This document shows, in pieces, positions 24,445-33,273 of a stretch of DNA of 64,000 nt. Below the pieces are notes generated by a model. It ran no database searches and was not told where the DNA came from. It worked only from the letters and a program-made list of their open reading frames with translations. Positions within the stretch are counted from its first letter, which is position 1. Each line of letters opens with the position of its first letter. The DNA is from Halobacteriovoraceae bacterium (lineage in GTDB: Bacteria > Bdellovibrionota > Bacteriovoracia > Bacteriovoracales > Bacteriovoracaceae), in the NCBI GenBank assembly GCA_963719505.1, contig CAVRCF010000001.1:576001-640000 (forward strand), written 5' to 3'. A program made the translations under genes and the position numbers.

Positions 24445-25047
24445 ATGCATCTCTACTTAGATACTACATTTGGAGTCACCGTTGGATTGTTAGATGAAGA
24501 TTTTAAGTGGCTTTATTATACATTCTCTGATGAGAAAAAAAGTTCGACTATTATTCACAGTCAGATTAATCAAGCTCTAAGCGGTGCTTCACTTGAGATT
24601 TCAAAATTGTCGAGCGTTATCTGTGTTGCAGGTCCAGGTTCCTATACAGGAATGAGAGTTTCAAAAGGCATAACAGATGTTTTGGAGTGGCAAGGAATAG
24701 AGGTCTACTCTTTTTACCAGTACGATGTCCCCCTTCTTGTCGATCGTTCTGAGGGAATTTGGTTTTCAAATGCCTTTAAGGGAGAATATTTTCTCCATGA
24801 GTTTAAAGGTGATAAAGCTTCACAAAAACTGGTAGAAAAAAGTAAAGCTCTCGAAAAAATAAATGATTCGGATATTCCTATATTCTGTCTTAGAAATGAG
24901 GAAGGAGAAAACTTTATTTCGACACAGTCATTGATACACGAAAATAGTGAAATGCTTTTTAAAAAGGTAGTCGATAGAAAAATGAAACGTGAATTGTTTT
25001 ATTACAGAGGTTTAGATCAGGAGTTCTCAAAGGCCAAAGCTCAATGA
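24445..25047 (+). CDS. tsaB: tRNA t6A biosynthesis protein TsaB
   Basis: LYLDT and GPGSYTGMRV motifs. Confidence 0.85.
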   Translation: MHLYLDTTFGVTVGLLDEDFKWLYYTFSDEKKSSTIIHSQINQALSGASLEISKLSSVICVAGPGSYTGMRVSKGITDVLEWQGIEVYSFYQYDVPLLVDRSEGIWFSNAFKGEYFLHEFKGDKASQKLVEKSKALEKINDSDIPIFCLRNEEGENFISTQSLIHENSEMLFKKVVDRKMKRELFYYRGLDQEFSKAKAQ

Positions 25048-25685
25048 ATAGATTCTTTATCAACTCTGATAATTACCATAAGCTAGTTATCATAAGCTTT
25101 TGTGTGCTCTTTTTGTTGCCGTTTAAAATTTTTATTTTATGGTCGATCTTTATTTCGGCTTTTCTTTTGTTATTTAAGAAAAACAAAGTCATCGTGAAGG
25201 ATGCACTGACAAACTCTGATGATATTGTCATCACTCCAATTACGGGCACTATAAAAAACATTGAAAATGGAAATGGTAGTGTCAGATATCTAATTGCGTC
25301 ACCCTTTTATGGAAACTTTGGTTTATATTTTCCCTCCTCTTCAACAATCGAGAAATTTGAAACTAAGGTAGGAGAAAAAATTCAAAGAGTTGGCAGGACC
25401 AATAAAATTTCTCAAGATGCAGACAAAGTTGAGTTAAGCTTTGTAAATAAAACTGGTAGGAAAGTTGGTATTAATATATATAGGTCTCTTCTGAGTGGAA
25501 AGCCGCATGTATGGCCTAAAGTAGGTGACAAGGGACGCGTGAGTGCGAACTTTGGTTTTCTCCCTTTTGGTGGCATCGTTGAGGTTATCATTTTTGGAGA
25601 ATCAAACCAGCTTGTTAGAAACGGAGAGAAGGTTTTGTCGGGCTCAACCCCATTAGCAGGACTGAAAGGAAATAGTAATGAATGA
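25044..25685 (+). CDS. Phosphatidylserine-decarboxylase-like protein, catalytic residues apparently lost
   Basis: Length, N-terminal TM hairpin, IVITPITG (~SPADG), FGFLPFGG (~FGLIRFGS) and GEKVLSGST (~G.KV.AGET) match short Psd; overlaps pssA. Confidence 0.7.
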   Translation: MNRFFINSDNYHKLVIISFCVLFLLPFKIFILWSIFISAFLLLFKKNKVIVKDALTNSDDIVITPITGTIKNIENGNGSVRYLIASPFYGNFGLYFPSSSTIEKFETKVGEKIQRVGRTNKISQDADKVELSFVNKTGRKVGINIYRSLLSGKPHVWPKVGDKGRVSANFGFLPFGGIVEVIIFGESNQLVRNGEKVLSGSTPLAGLKGNSNE

Positions 25686-26442
25686 TAAAAAATTTGCATT
25701 TTTTCTGCCAAATATTTTCACGGCCATGAATATTGGTTGTGGATTTGTCGCTATAATGCTGTCAATGAATGGTGAGTTTTACAAAGCGTGTATGTTTATA
25801 TTTTTGGGAGCTATTTTTGACTCTGTTGATGGTCGTGTAGCGCGACTGACGGGGACAAGCTCAGCATTCGGAGAGCAGTTTGATTCAATGAGCGATTTGA
25901 TCTCATTTGGTATGGCTCCGGCGATAATGTTCTATAACCGTTTTCTTTATGATTCAGGAAGGCTAGGAATGGTTATAGCATTTCTTTATCTTTTATGTGG
26001 AGCCTTAAGGCTTGCTAGATTCAACGCTAATATTTCAAAGGTAGAGTCTAATTACTTCCAAGGACTACCAATTCCGGGAGCGGCAATTGCCGTTCTTAGT
26101 TTTATTTTAGTCTCACTTGTTTATCCAACACTTTTTGTTAATAAGTACATTGCTGGACCATATATAATATTTTATGCACTTCTGATGATTTCAAATGTGC
26201 CCTTTCCATCTTTTAAAGGTTCACCTTGGGTAAAAAACAATAGAAAAAAAGTTCTATTTATTATCTTTCTTACGGCCTCTTCCCTTTTTGTTTATGAAGA
26301 AGTAATGATTCCAATCATCATTTCACTTTATGTGATTGGATCTATTGTCTACGTTATCATGCATAAAGAGCAGTTTGATGGAATCTTTGATTGGGATGAA
26401 AATGTCGATAAAAAAGTAGAACAAGACTCTAGTGGAATCTAA
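25678..26442 (+). CDS. pssA: CDP-diacylglycerol--serine O-phosphatidyltransferase
   Basis: LPNIFT, FDSVDGRVAR, FGEQFDSMSDLISFGMAP, LRLARFN, FQGLPIP. Confidence 0.93.
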   Translation: MNDKKFAFFLPNIFTAMNIGCGFVAIMLSMNGEFYKACMFIFLGAIFDSVDGRVARLTGTSSAFGEQFDSMSDLISFGMAPAIMFYNRFLYDSGRLGMVIAFLYLLCGALRLARFNANISKVESNYFQGLPIPGAAIAVLSFILVSLVYPTLFVNKYIAGPYIIFYALLMISNVPFPSFKGSPWVKNNRKKVLFIIFLTASSLFVYEEVMIPIIISLYVIGSIVYVIMHKEQFDGIFDWDENVDKKVEQDSSGI

Positions 26443-27202
26443 TTATTATAGACTAACGATTGAGTTTAAAGGAACACGCTTCTTTGGGTGGCAAAAGCAA
26501 AAAGACTTTTGCCCTACGGTGCAAGATGACTTAGAAGCGGCATTAAAGAAAATTTTCAAAACACAAGAAATCAAATCCATTGGATCAGGAAGAACGGACA
26601 CAGGTGTTCACTCTCTTGGGCATATTGTTAAAGTCTGTGTTCCTTTTGAAATTGAAGAAGAAAGCTTAAAAAAAGCTTTAAACTCAAACCTTTCTCAAGA
26701 TATTCGGGTCAAGTATGTCCAAAGATGTGAGAAAGATTTTAGACCGACAAATGATGCAGTCTCAAGAGAGTATATTTACCTGTTTTCTAATTTAGACAGC
26801 CCTAATGCATTCCAAACAGACTTCATTCCAAATATCTCTCATAAACTTGATATTACAAAGATGCAAAAAGCGTGTTCCCTCTTTATTGGAGTCCATGATT
26901 TCAAAAACTTCTACTGCACAGGTAGTCAAATAAACTCTACACAACGAGAGATTTATGACTGCTCGTTATCTTACACGGATCTTAACTTTCATAATATTCT
27001 ACCCTCACACTACGAGTTAAAAATCGAGGGATCTGGTTTTCTAAAACAGATGGTCCGATTAATAGTAGGCACAATATGGCAAGTTGGTAGAGGAAAAGTG
27101 TCCCTAGAAGAACTTGAGAGTGAACTGCGAACTCCAGGTGTTAAAAAGCTCGGTATTACCGCCCCAGCTTGTGGTCTATTCAAAACGAAGGTTAAATATT
27201 AG
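26432..27202 (+). CDS. truA: tRNA pseudouridine(38-40) synthase
   Basis: GWQKQ, GSGRTDTGVH, GVHDF, GSGFLKQMVR.IVG, APACGL. Confidence 0.95.
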   Translation: MESNYYRLTIEFKGTRFFGWQKQKDFCPTVQDDLEAALKKIFKTQEIKSIGSGRTDTGVHSLGHIVKVCVPFEIEEESLKKALNSNLSQDIRVKYVQRCEKDFRPTNDAVSREYIYLFSNLDSPNAFQTDFIPNISHKLDITKMQKACSLFIGVHDFKNFYCTGSQINSTQREIYDCSLSYTDLNFHNILPSHYELKIEGSGFLKQMVRLIVGTIWQVGRGKVSLEELESELRTPGVKKLGITAPACGLFKTKVKY

Positions 27203-27312
27203 GGAGCGTTTGGGCAAAGCTTTCCTTTGACTTTCAGTGTAATTCTAGCTACTTTCAACTACTTTTTTAATAATATTAAACGCGGTGCGCGTAACAGATA
27301 AATGAGGTCCAG

Positions 27313-28596
27313 ATGTCTTATACAATTGAAAATATCAACGGTTGCACGAAAAAACTTTTATTTAATTTCGATGGAGTTGATCTTGCTTCACAAATCGATT
27401 CAGTACTTAAAGAGAAGCAAAAGTCTTCTAACCTTAAGGGGTTTAGAAAAGGTAAAGCTCCTATGGGTATGGTAAAGCAAGTATACGGAGCCCAAGCTGA
27501 GAATGATGCTCTTTACAGATTTGTTTCACAAGAATTTTATAAGGCTCTTCAAGAAGAAAAGTTAAATGCTGTAGGCTATCCAAGCTTTGGAAATACAAAC
27601 TTCGAAGATGGGAATAAGGTATCGTTCGAGGCGACTGTAGAAATTTTTCCAGAATTTCAACTAGCGGACTTTTCAAAATATGAATTCAAAAAAGAAGATG
27701 AAAAAGTTTCAGAAAAAGATTTAGCTGATCTTAAAAAACAATACTTAGAGCCAAAATCTGAGATGGTAGAAATCAAAGATGAGAAAGCGAAAATTGAAAA
27801 TGGCACGTTCGCTGTTTTTAACTTCGAAGGTGAAAAAGAAGATGGTGAAAAGCCAGACAATATGAAGGCTGAAGAATTTTTACTTGAGATTGGATCAGGT
27901 CAGTTTATCCCTGGTTTTGAAGAGGGAATGATTGGGTTAAAAAAAGGTGACAAAGAAACAATCGAAGTTACTTTCCCAAGTGACTATCATGAAGAAAATC
28001 TTCAAGGAGCTAAAGTAAAGTTTCATGTTGAGATCCTCGAACTTAAAGAGAAAAAAGTTCCAGAGCTTACAGACGAATTAGCAAAAGAGTTTGGCTTTGA
28101 ATCAGCTGAGGACTTCACAGCAAAAAATAAAGACCGATTAGTGGCTTCCAAGAAAAAAGAAGTTCAAGGAAAGCTACAAGAAGATATCTTAAAGAAACTA
28201 ATTGAAGATAATAAATTTGATGTTCCAAATGCACTTATTGAATCTCAAAAGAAAAGTGTTCAAGAAGAGTTAGCTGCGAACCTTAAACAACAGGGCTTCA
28301 ATGAGGATATGGTTAAAACATATTTTGAAAAATGGGATATGGATGTAACAGCGAAAGCTGAGTTTCAAGTAAGATCAGGCCTTATCCTCGATAAGCTGTC
28401 AAAGCAATATGAAGTTGAAGCAACAGATGCTGACTTCGATCTTAAGATTGAAGAAATGGCCACTCAGTCAGGAATGGATAAGGAGCAAATCGCTTCTTAT
28501 TACAAGTCTAACGAGCAGATCAAGGGAAATATCATGTATGCTATTCGCGAAGAAAAGACATTTGATAAGTTGATCTCAGAAATGAAAGTAAAATAA
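27313..28596 (+). CDS. tig: Trigger factor
   Basis: GFRKGKAP signature; FKBP domain GSGQFIPGFEEGMIG, FPSDYH. Confidence 0.96.
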   Translation: MSYTIENINGCTKKLLFNFDGVDLASQIDSVLKEKQKSSNLKGFRKGKAPMGMVKQVYGAQAENDALYRFVSQEFYKALQEEKLNAVGYPSFGNTNFEDGNKVSFEATVEIFPEFQLADFSKYEFKKEDEKVSEKDLADLKKQYLEPKSEMVEIKDEKAKIENGTFAVFNFEGEKEDGEKPDNMKAEEFLLEIGSGQFIPGFEEGMIGLKKGDKETIEVTFPSDYHEENLQGAKVKFHVEILELKEKKVPELTDELAKEFGFESAEDFTAKNKDRLVASKKKEVQGKLQEDILKKLIEDNKFDVPNALIESQKKSVQEELAANLKQQGFNEDMVKTYFEKWDMDVTAKAEFQVRSGLILDKLSKQYEVEATDADFDLKIEEMATQSGMDKEQIASYYKSNEQIKGNIMYAIREEKTFDKLISEMKVK

Positions 28597-29697
28597 TCAA
28601 TAAAGCTCAGGCCCTCCATATCGGAGGGCTTTTTTTTTGCAAATCACCTCCCAAAAAGATTCTCGAAAATTTCTTTTGCAAACTCTATTAAAATAAAAAT
28701 ATTTGTCACGTGAAATCTTTAGTACCATTGAAAGATCTGGCTGAGACGCCAAGTAAGAAGGGTTTGAAATCTCACTACTGGCAACATGAATCGGGCTAAA
28801 ATGAAGAAAAATTAAAACTCCGATAAACCTTTTTTTAGAAAATCCAAAGTTCGCTAATAAAAAAAGAACAATAACAGAGAATGAACTATAAAAGTTTAGA
28901 AAGCTAAAAGTCTCTGAAGTAAAGATGATAGTCTCGTTAAAAAAATAGATGAAGTGATTTGATAGATCATAAATCCAAGTGAAGTTAAAAACCCAGAAAT
29001 TTAAACTGAGAAGAGGAAACACACTGCTGAAGATACCTGTGAGCATTGGATTGACAAAAAGACCGAGAAAGTTAAGCTCTTGTTCTAAAAAGAACGATAT
29101 TAAAAGCTGAGTTGTAAATAAGTTACAAAGAAGCTTCGTTTTCGTTTCGGAAAAAATAATTGTCCCCCAGCAAAGAAAACTAAAAGAGAAGCTCATAGGA
29201 CTTAGGGTATATCCGCCGAAAATTAAGTCGAACAAAAATGTTAATATAAATGAGGCTTTGGTCTTTTTCGTTAATATTTTGAAAAGGTGAAAATAGATAA
29301 TTCTTTTTAAAGAGTAAAATCCCACAATATAAAAAGAGATAATAAGGAGTGGGACATAAATAACCAATCGATACTTTCCTCGAACAAAGAGAAATATGAG
29401 GATGAGGATTGAAGAGAGATGAATACCGGAAGGTGTCATGAGGTGCAATAAACCGAAAACCCTATAGCTCTCTTTTAAATTTCTAGAAACCTCTTTTTTA
29501 TTACCTGTTTGGGTTGCAATTAAAATTGACCGCTCATTCCTTTTCCAGTTTTTAAGCTCTTCCTTTTGAAAGGAAGTTCTTTTTTTAAAAGGAGATTTTT
29601 CCGTTGGAAGACATAAAAGAAAACTAGAAAAAATAAAAATGAGTACCACTTTCATATTAGGTCTCGCATTCAAGGATTGTGTAAGTCGGAACGACAC
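28597..29697 (-). CDS. ComEC/Rec2 competence-domain membrane protein (short; start uncertain)
   Basis: GLLHLMTPSGIHLS (~G..HLLAISGLH); SFSFSF; polytopic; no metallo-beta-lactamase domain. Confidence 0.7.
   Translation of the reverse strand: MSFRLTQSLNARPNMKVVLIFIFSSFLLCLPTEKSPFKKRTSFQKEELKNWKRNERSILIATQTGNKKEVSRNLKESYRVFGLLHLMTPSGIHLSSILILIFLFVRGKYRLVIYVPLLIISFYIVGFYSLKRIIYFHLFKILTKKTKASFILTFLFDLIFGGYTLSPMSFSFSFLCWGTIIFSETKTKLLCNLFTTQLLISFFLEQELNFLGLFVNPMLTGIFSSVFPLLSLNFWVFNFTWIYDLSNHFIYFFNETIIFTSETFSFLNFYSSFSVIVLFLLANFGFSKKRFIGVLIFLHFSPIHVASSEISNPSYLASQPDLSMVLKISRDKYFYFNRVCKRNFRESFWEVICKKKALRYGGPELY
28611..28638 (+). terminator. tig intrinsic terminator (inside the 3' end of the convergent ComEC-like ORF)
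   Basis: GCCCTCC-ATATC-GGAGGGC plus T9. Confidence 0.85.
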
Positions 29698-29783
29698 AAC
29701 CTGTTGATATTACGAAGTCTCGTCGCGATGCAAATTGTTGATTTGACCCTGAAATAATGCTAAAAATCACCAAAGGATACACA

Positions 29784-30635
29784 ATGACACTAAACTCTAG
29801 AGCTTTGGAAGAGTATTTCGCTGGCTTCTTCAAAGAAGACGATCTTTCCAGAAATTTTCACTACCTAAATTCTCTTCCAAAAGAGATGGTGTCCTGTCAG
29901 TTAAAGTTTAAGGATGACCTTGTTATCTCCGGGCTTCCCTATTTCTTTGAGGCTTTTAACTATTTGATTCCCGGATGTATAAATTATGAAGAATTTCTAA
30001 TCAATGAAGGCAGAACGGTTCAAAAAGAAGAGAAGTTCGAGCTACTCTTTGATCTTCCCTTTAATCTTGTTTTAACGGCTGAGAGAATTGCTCTAAATCT
30101 TTTGCAAAGGTCTTCTTCAATAGCAACTCACACAAATAGATTTACTTCTGTGGCGAGCAAAAAAGGTATCTCTATTCTAGATACTCGAAAAACAACACCG
30201 GGTCACAGAGGTCTTGAAAAATACTCTGTGCAAATTGGCGGTGGTAAAAATCATCGTTTTGGACAGGCAGACTGTTGGATGGTTAAAGATAATCACAAGT
30301 CATTTTTTGTTGGTGTTGATAAAGCCATTAATTATTTTGAGAATATGAATTCATTTTACACGCCTTTGATTGTAGAGGTTCATTCAATTGAAGAGATTGA
30401 TGAAGCCATAGTTGCCGGAGCAAAACATCTCATGTTGGATAATTTTACACCTAAGCAAATTGAAGAGGCGATCAAGTTTAAGAAGGACCATATTACCTAT
30501 GAAGTCTCTGGCGGTATTACCTTAGATTCTTTGGAGAGTTATCTCATCGATGGTGTTGATGCCATTAGCTGTGGGTCTTTGACTTACGGAGCTCCTCATG
30601 TGGATATCTCACTAAAATACCAAAGAAAACTATGA
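29784..30635 (+). CDS. nadC: Nicotinate-nucleotide diphosphorylase (carboxylating)
   Basis: AERIALN, DTRKTTPG, NHRFG, KDNH, MLDNF, EVSGGI, DISL. Confidence 0.95.
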   Translation: MTLNSRALEEYFAGFFKEDDLSRNFHYLNSLPKEMVSCQLKFKDDLVISGLPYFFEAFNYLIPGCINYEEFLINEGRTVQKEEKFELLFDLPFNLVLTAERIALNLLQRSSSIATHTNRFTSVASKKGISILDTRKTTPGHRGLEKYSVQIGGGKNHRFGQADCWMVKDNHKSFFVGVDKAINYFENMNSFYTPLIVEVHSIEEIDEAIVAGAKHLMLDNFTPKQIEEAIKFKKDHITYEVSGGITLDSLESYLIDGVDAISCGSLTYGAPHVDISLKYQRKL

Positions 30636-32194
30636 GCGCAAATACTTACGATATTCTCGTTATTGGTTGCGGAGTAGCAGGTCTATCTTGTGCTATCAAA
30701 CTAGCTGAAAAAAACTTGAGTGTTGCGATCATAACTCGTGATAAAAAACCTGAAGAAACAAATACTCTTTGGGCGCAGGGAGGAATCATCTATTCCAAAG
30801 ATGATGATAAGTTGATTTCTGATATCGAAGTTGCGAGTGCTATGACATCTAATCCTTTGGCGGCAGAGATTTTACAAGCAGAATCACCAAGGATTTTGGA
30901 AGAACTTCTTTTTGAAAAAGCTAAAACCTCTTTTGACCGAGATGATAACAATGGCCTTTTATTTACCAAAGAAGCCGCTCATTCAAAGGCGAGAATTATT
31001 TATAAAGGAGATTACACTGGGAAAGAGATTCAGATTTCACTTTTGAATTTTTTAAATGATAAATCAAGATTTCCAAATGTGAGTTTTCTAACAAAGCATA
31101 CTGCAATAGATCTTATTACTCCTAATCATCACGGTGTTTCCATTAAGCAGCGCTACGAGCCTCATCAGGTTTTGGGGGCTTATGTTTTTGATCAGGAAAG
31201 TGGACAAGTTAAAAAAGTATTAGCAAAAAAGACCGTTCTTGCAACAGGAGGAATTGGTGCTTTGTATTTACATAACTCAAATAATGAAGGTGCTAGAGGA
31301 GATGGACATGCAATGGCCGAAAGAGCTGGTGCTTATATTTCCAATATGGAGTTTATTCAATTTCATCCAACAACATTTTTTTCAGAGAATGTTCACCGAC
31401 GCTTTTTAATATCAGAAGCCGTAAGAGGCGAGGGAGCTATTTTAAAGAACTCCAAAGGTGAGAGGTTCATGCAAAACTATCATCCGGATGCAGAGCTTGC
31501 TCCCCGAGATGTTGTTTCTAGAGCAATCTTAGCTGAGATGATCAGGTTAAAAGATGACTGTGTTTACCTCGATATTTCTTCAAAGCCCAAGGAGTGGCTT
31601 GAACAAAGATTTCCAACGATTTTCAAATATTGCCTAGATCACAAGGTGGATATCTCAAAAGAAGCTATTCCGGTTGTTCCTGCTGCTCATTATACTTGTG
31701 GTGGGGTAAAGACTGACTTGGTTGGAAGAACGAACCTTCCCCATCTTTATGCCGTGGGGGAAGTTGCCAATAATGGACTTCACGGGGCCAACAGACTTGC
31801 CTCAACTTCACTGCTTGAGGGGTTAACATTTGGTTATAGGGCAGCAGATGATATTTCTAAGTCACTGGACTTTTGTGATTTTTATGATGAAACAAAAATT
31901 AGAGATTGGAGAGTCGGCGGTGAAGAGCTTGACCTGGGACTCATCTCACAAGATATACAAACAATAAAGCAGACAATGTGGAACTACCTTGGCTTAAAGA
32001 GAAATAAGACAAGGCTTGCAAGGGCAAGAGCGATGTTCAGAGAGATGAACGATGAGATCCATAAATTTTATAGGAATGCACAACTTCATGATGATCTTAT
32101 AGGGTTGAGAAATTCTATAGAGGTTGCGCATATGGTTTTAAATGCCAGTGTCAGGAATAAAAAGTCAGCAGGGTGTTTTTATAGAGAAGACTAG
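30632..32194 (+). CDS. nadB: L-aspartate oxidase
   Basis: IGCGVAGL, WAQGGI, EAAHS, QFHPT, LISEAVRGEG, APRDVVSRAI, AHYTCGG, GLHGANRLASTSLLEG. Confidence 0.95.
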   Translation: MSANTYDILVIGCGVAGLSCAIKLAEKNLSVAIITRDKKPEETNTLWAQGGIIYSKDDDKLISDIEVASAMTSNPLAAEILQAESPRILEELLFEKAKTSFDRDDNNGLLFTKEAAHSKARIIYKGDYTGKEIQISLLNFLNDKSRFPNVSFLTKHTAIDLITPNHHGVSIKQRYEPHQVLGAYVFDQESGQVKKVLAKKTVLATGGIGALYLHNSNNEGARGDGHAMAERAGAYISNMEFIQFHPTTFFSENVHRRFLISEAVRGEGAILKNSKGERFMQNYHPDAELAPRDVVSRAILAEMIRLKDDCVYLDISSKPKEWLEQRFPTIFKYCLDHKVDISKEAIPVVPAAHYTCGGVKTDLVGRTNLPHLYAVGEVANNGLHGANRLASTSLLEGLTFGYRAADDISKSLDFCDFYDETKIRDWRVGGEELDLGLISQDIQTIKQTMWNYLGLKRNKTRLARARAMFREMNDEIHKFYRNAQLHDDLIGLRNSIEVAHMVLNASVRNKKSAGCFYRED

Positions 32195-33156
32195 ATTCTC
32201 TTGTAGGTCGTTTCTAAGTTCTTTGAAATTCTTTGTTTATAGATGAAGAGACTTTCACTTTGTCTATTCGTCAGATTAGATAGATCAAACATTTTATGCA
32301 TCCAAACATACAGATCAATACTCCTAAATCTCAAAACATCGTCTATAAGATTAAACCAAATGGGGTCGAGTGCATTTTTAGACTTGTAAGAGGCAATAAA
32401 CCTTCGTTTGTAATTTTCAAAATGAGACTCGCCATTGTGATAAGTAAACATACCGAGAGCATAATAGAGATGAATGCCGACATCAAAGATATAGAAACCA
32501 TTGGAACAATCGTCAAAGTCAAAAAGCTGTATACCGTCAACTGATGAGTAAAACATGTTTCCAAAATGAATATCACCGTGGATTGGTCCAAATGCATTTT
32601 TTGACTTAGGTAAAGAACTATACCAGTTGAGAGCTTTTTCGCACTCGCGTTTTGCTTCGTTATCTTTGAGATAAAGACTAAAATTTTCTAAGTGATCATT
32701 CTTAACGTACTCTTCTCGTTGGAATGAAAACTTTTTAGAGTGATAATGAAGATCTCCAACTAATTCTCCCATCTCAATTGGAAAACTAGCTTTTAGTAAC
32801 TTGAGATCTTCTATAGTATTTCCTGTGGCTTTTATAAATACACAAGCGGTTAAAGTTTCACTTTTGTAGTCGAGAGTCTCCATCATGACATTGTTATTTG
32901 ATCTTATGGGCTTGCACACATTCGTACTAAATTGACTTAGATATTCTATAAAAGCTAATTCTTCTTTAATTTCAAAGTTGTTCCTGTGACTTTGTTCTGT
33001 AAGCCTTAGGATCAGATTTTTACTTTCAAATTCATAAACGATATTTTCAGAATCATTAATGAACCTCGGAGCTTCTTGAATACCCCATAAGTGCCCGAAT
33101 TTAATGGCCATATTATGTAAGGCTGCAAAGTCTCTTTTTGCAAATACAGATCTCAT
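32191..33156 (-). CDS. APH/choline-kinase-like phosphotransferase (YerI/AmiN-like)
   Basis: SENIVY, ILRLT, IHGDIHFGN, LFDFDD. Confidence 0.85.
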   Translation of the reverse strand: MRSVFAKRDFAALHNMAIKFGHLWGIQEAPRFINDSENIVYEFESKNLILRLTEQSHRNNFEIKEELAFIEYLSQFSTNVCKPIRSNNNVMMETLDYKSETLTACVFIKATGNTIEDLKLLKASFPIEMGELVGDLHYHSKKFSFQREEYVKNDHLENFSLYLKDNEAKRECEKALNWYSSLPKSKNAFGPIHGDIHFGNMFYSSVDGIQLFDFDDCSNGFYIFDVGIHLYYALGMFTYHNGESHFENYKRRFIASYKSKNALDPIWFNLIDDVLRFRSIDLYVWMHKMFDLSNLTNRQSESLFIYKQRISKNLETTYKRI

Positions 33157-33273
33157 TTTTAAATTCCTTGCGGCTTAAATTTTTGATGAAAAAGTTACTC
33201 GATTTTATCCTTTCAATTAGACTTATTGCAACATTAAACTTATAACACCTCAAAATCACTTGAAAGGCTCTTT

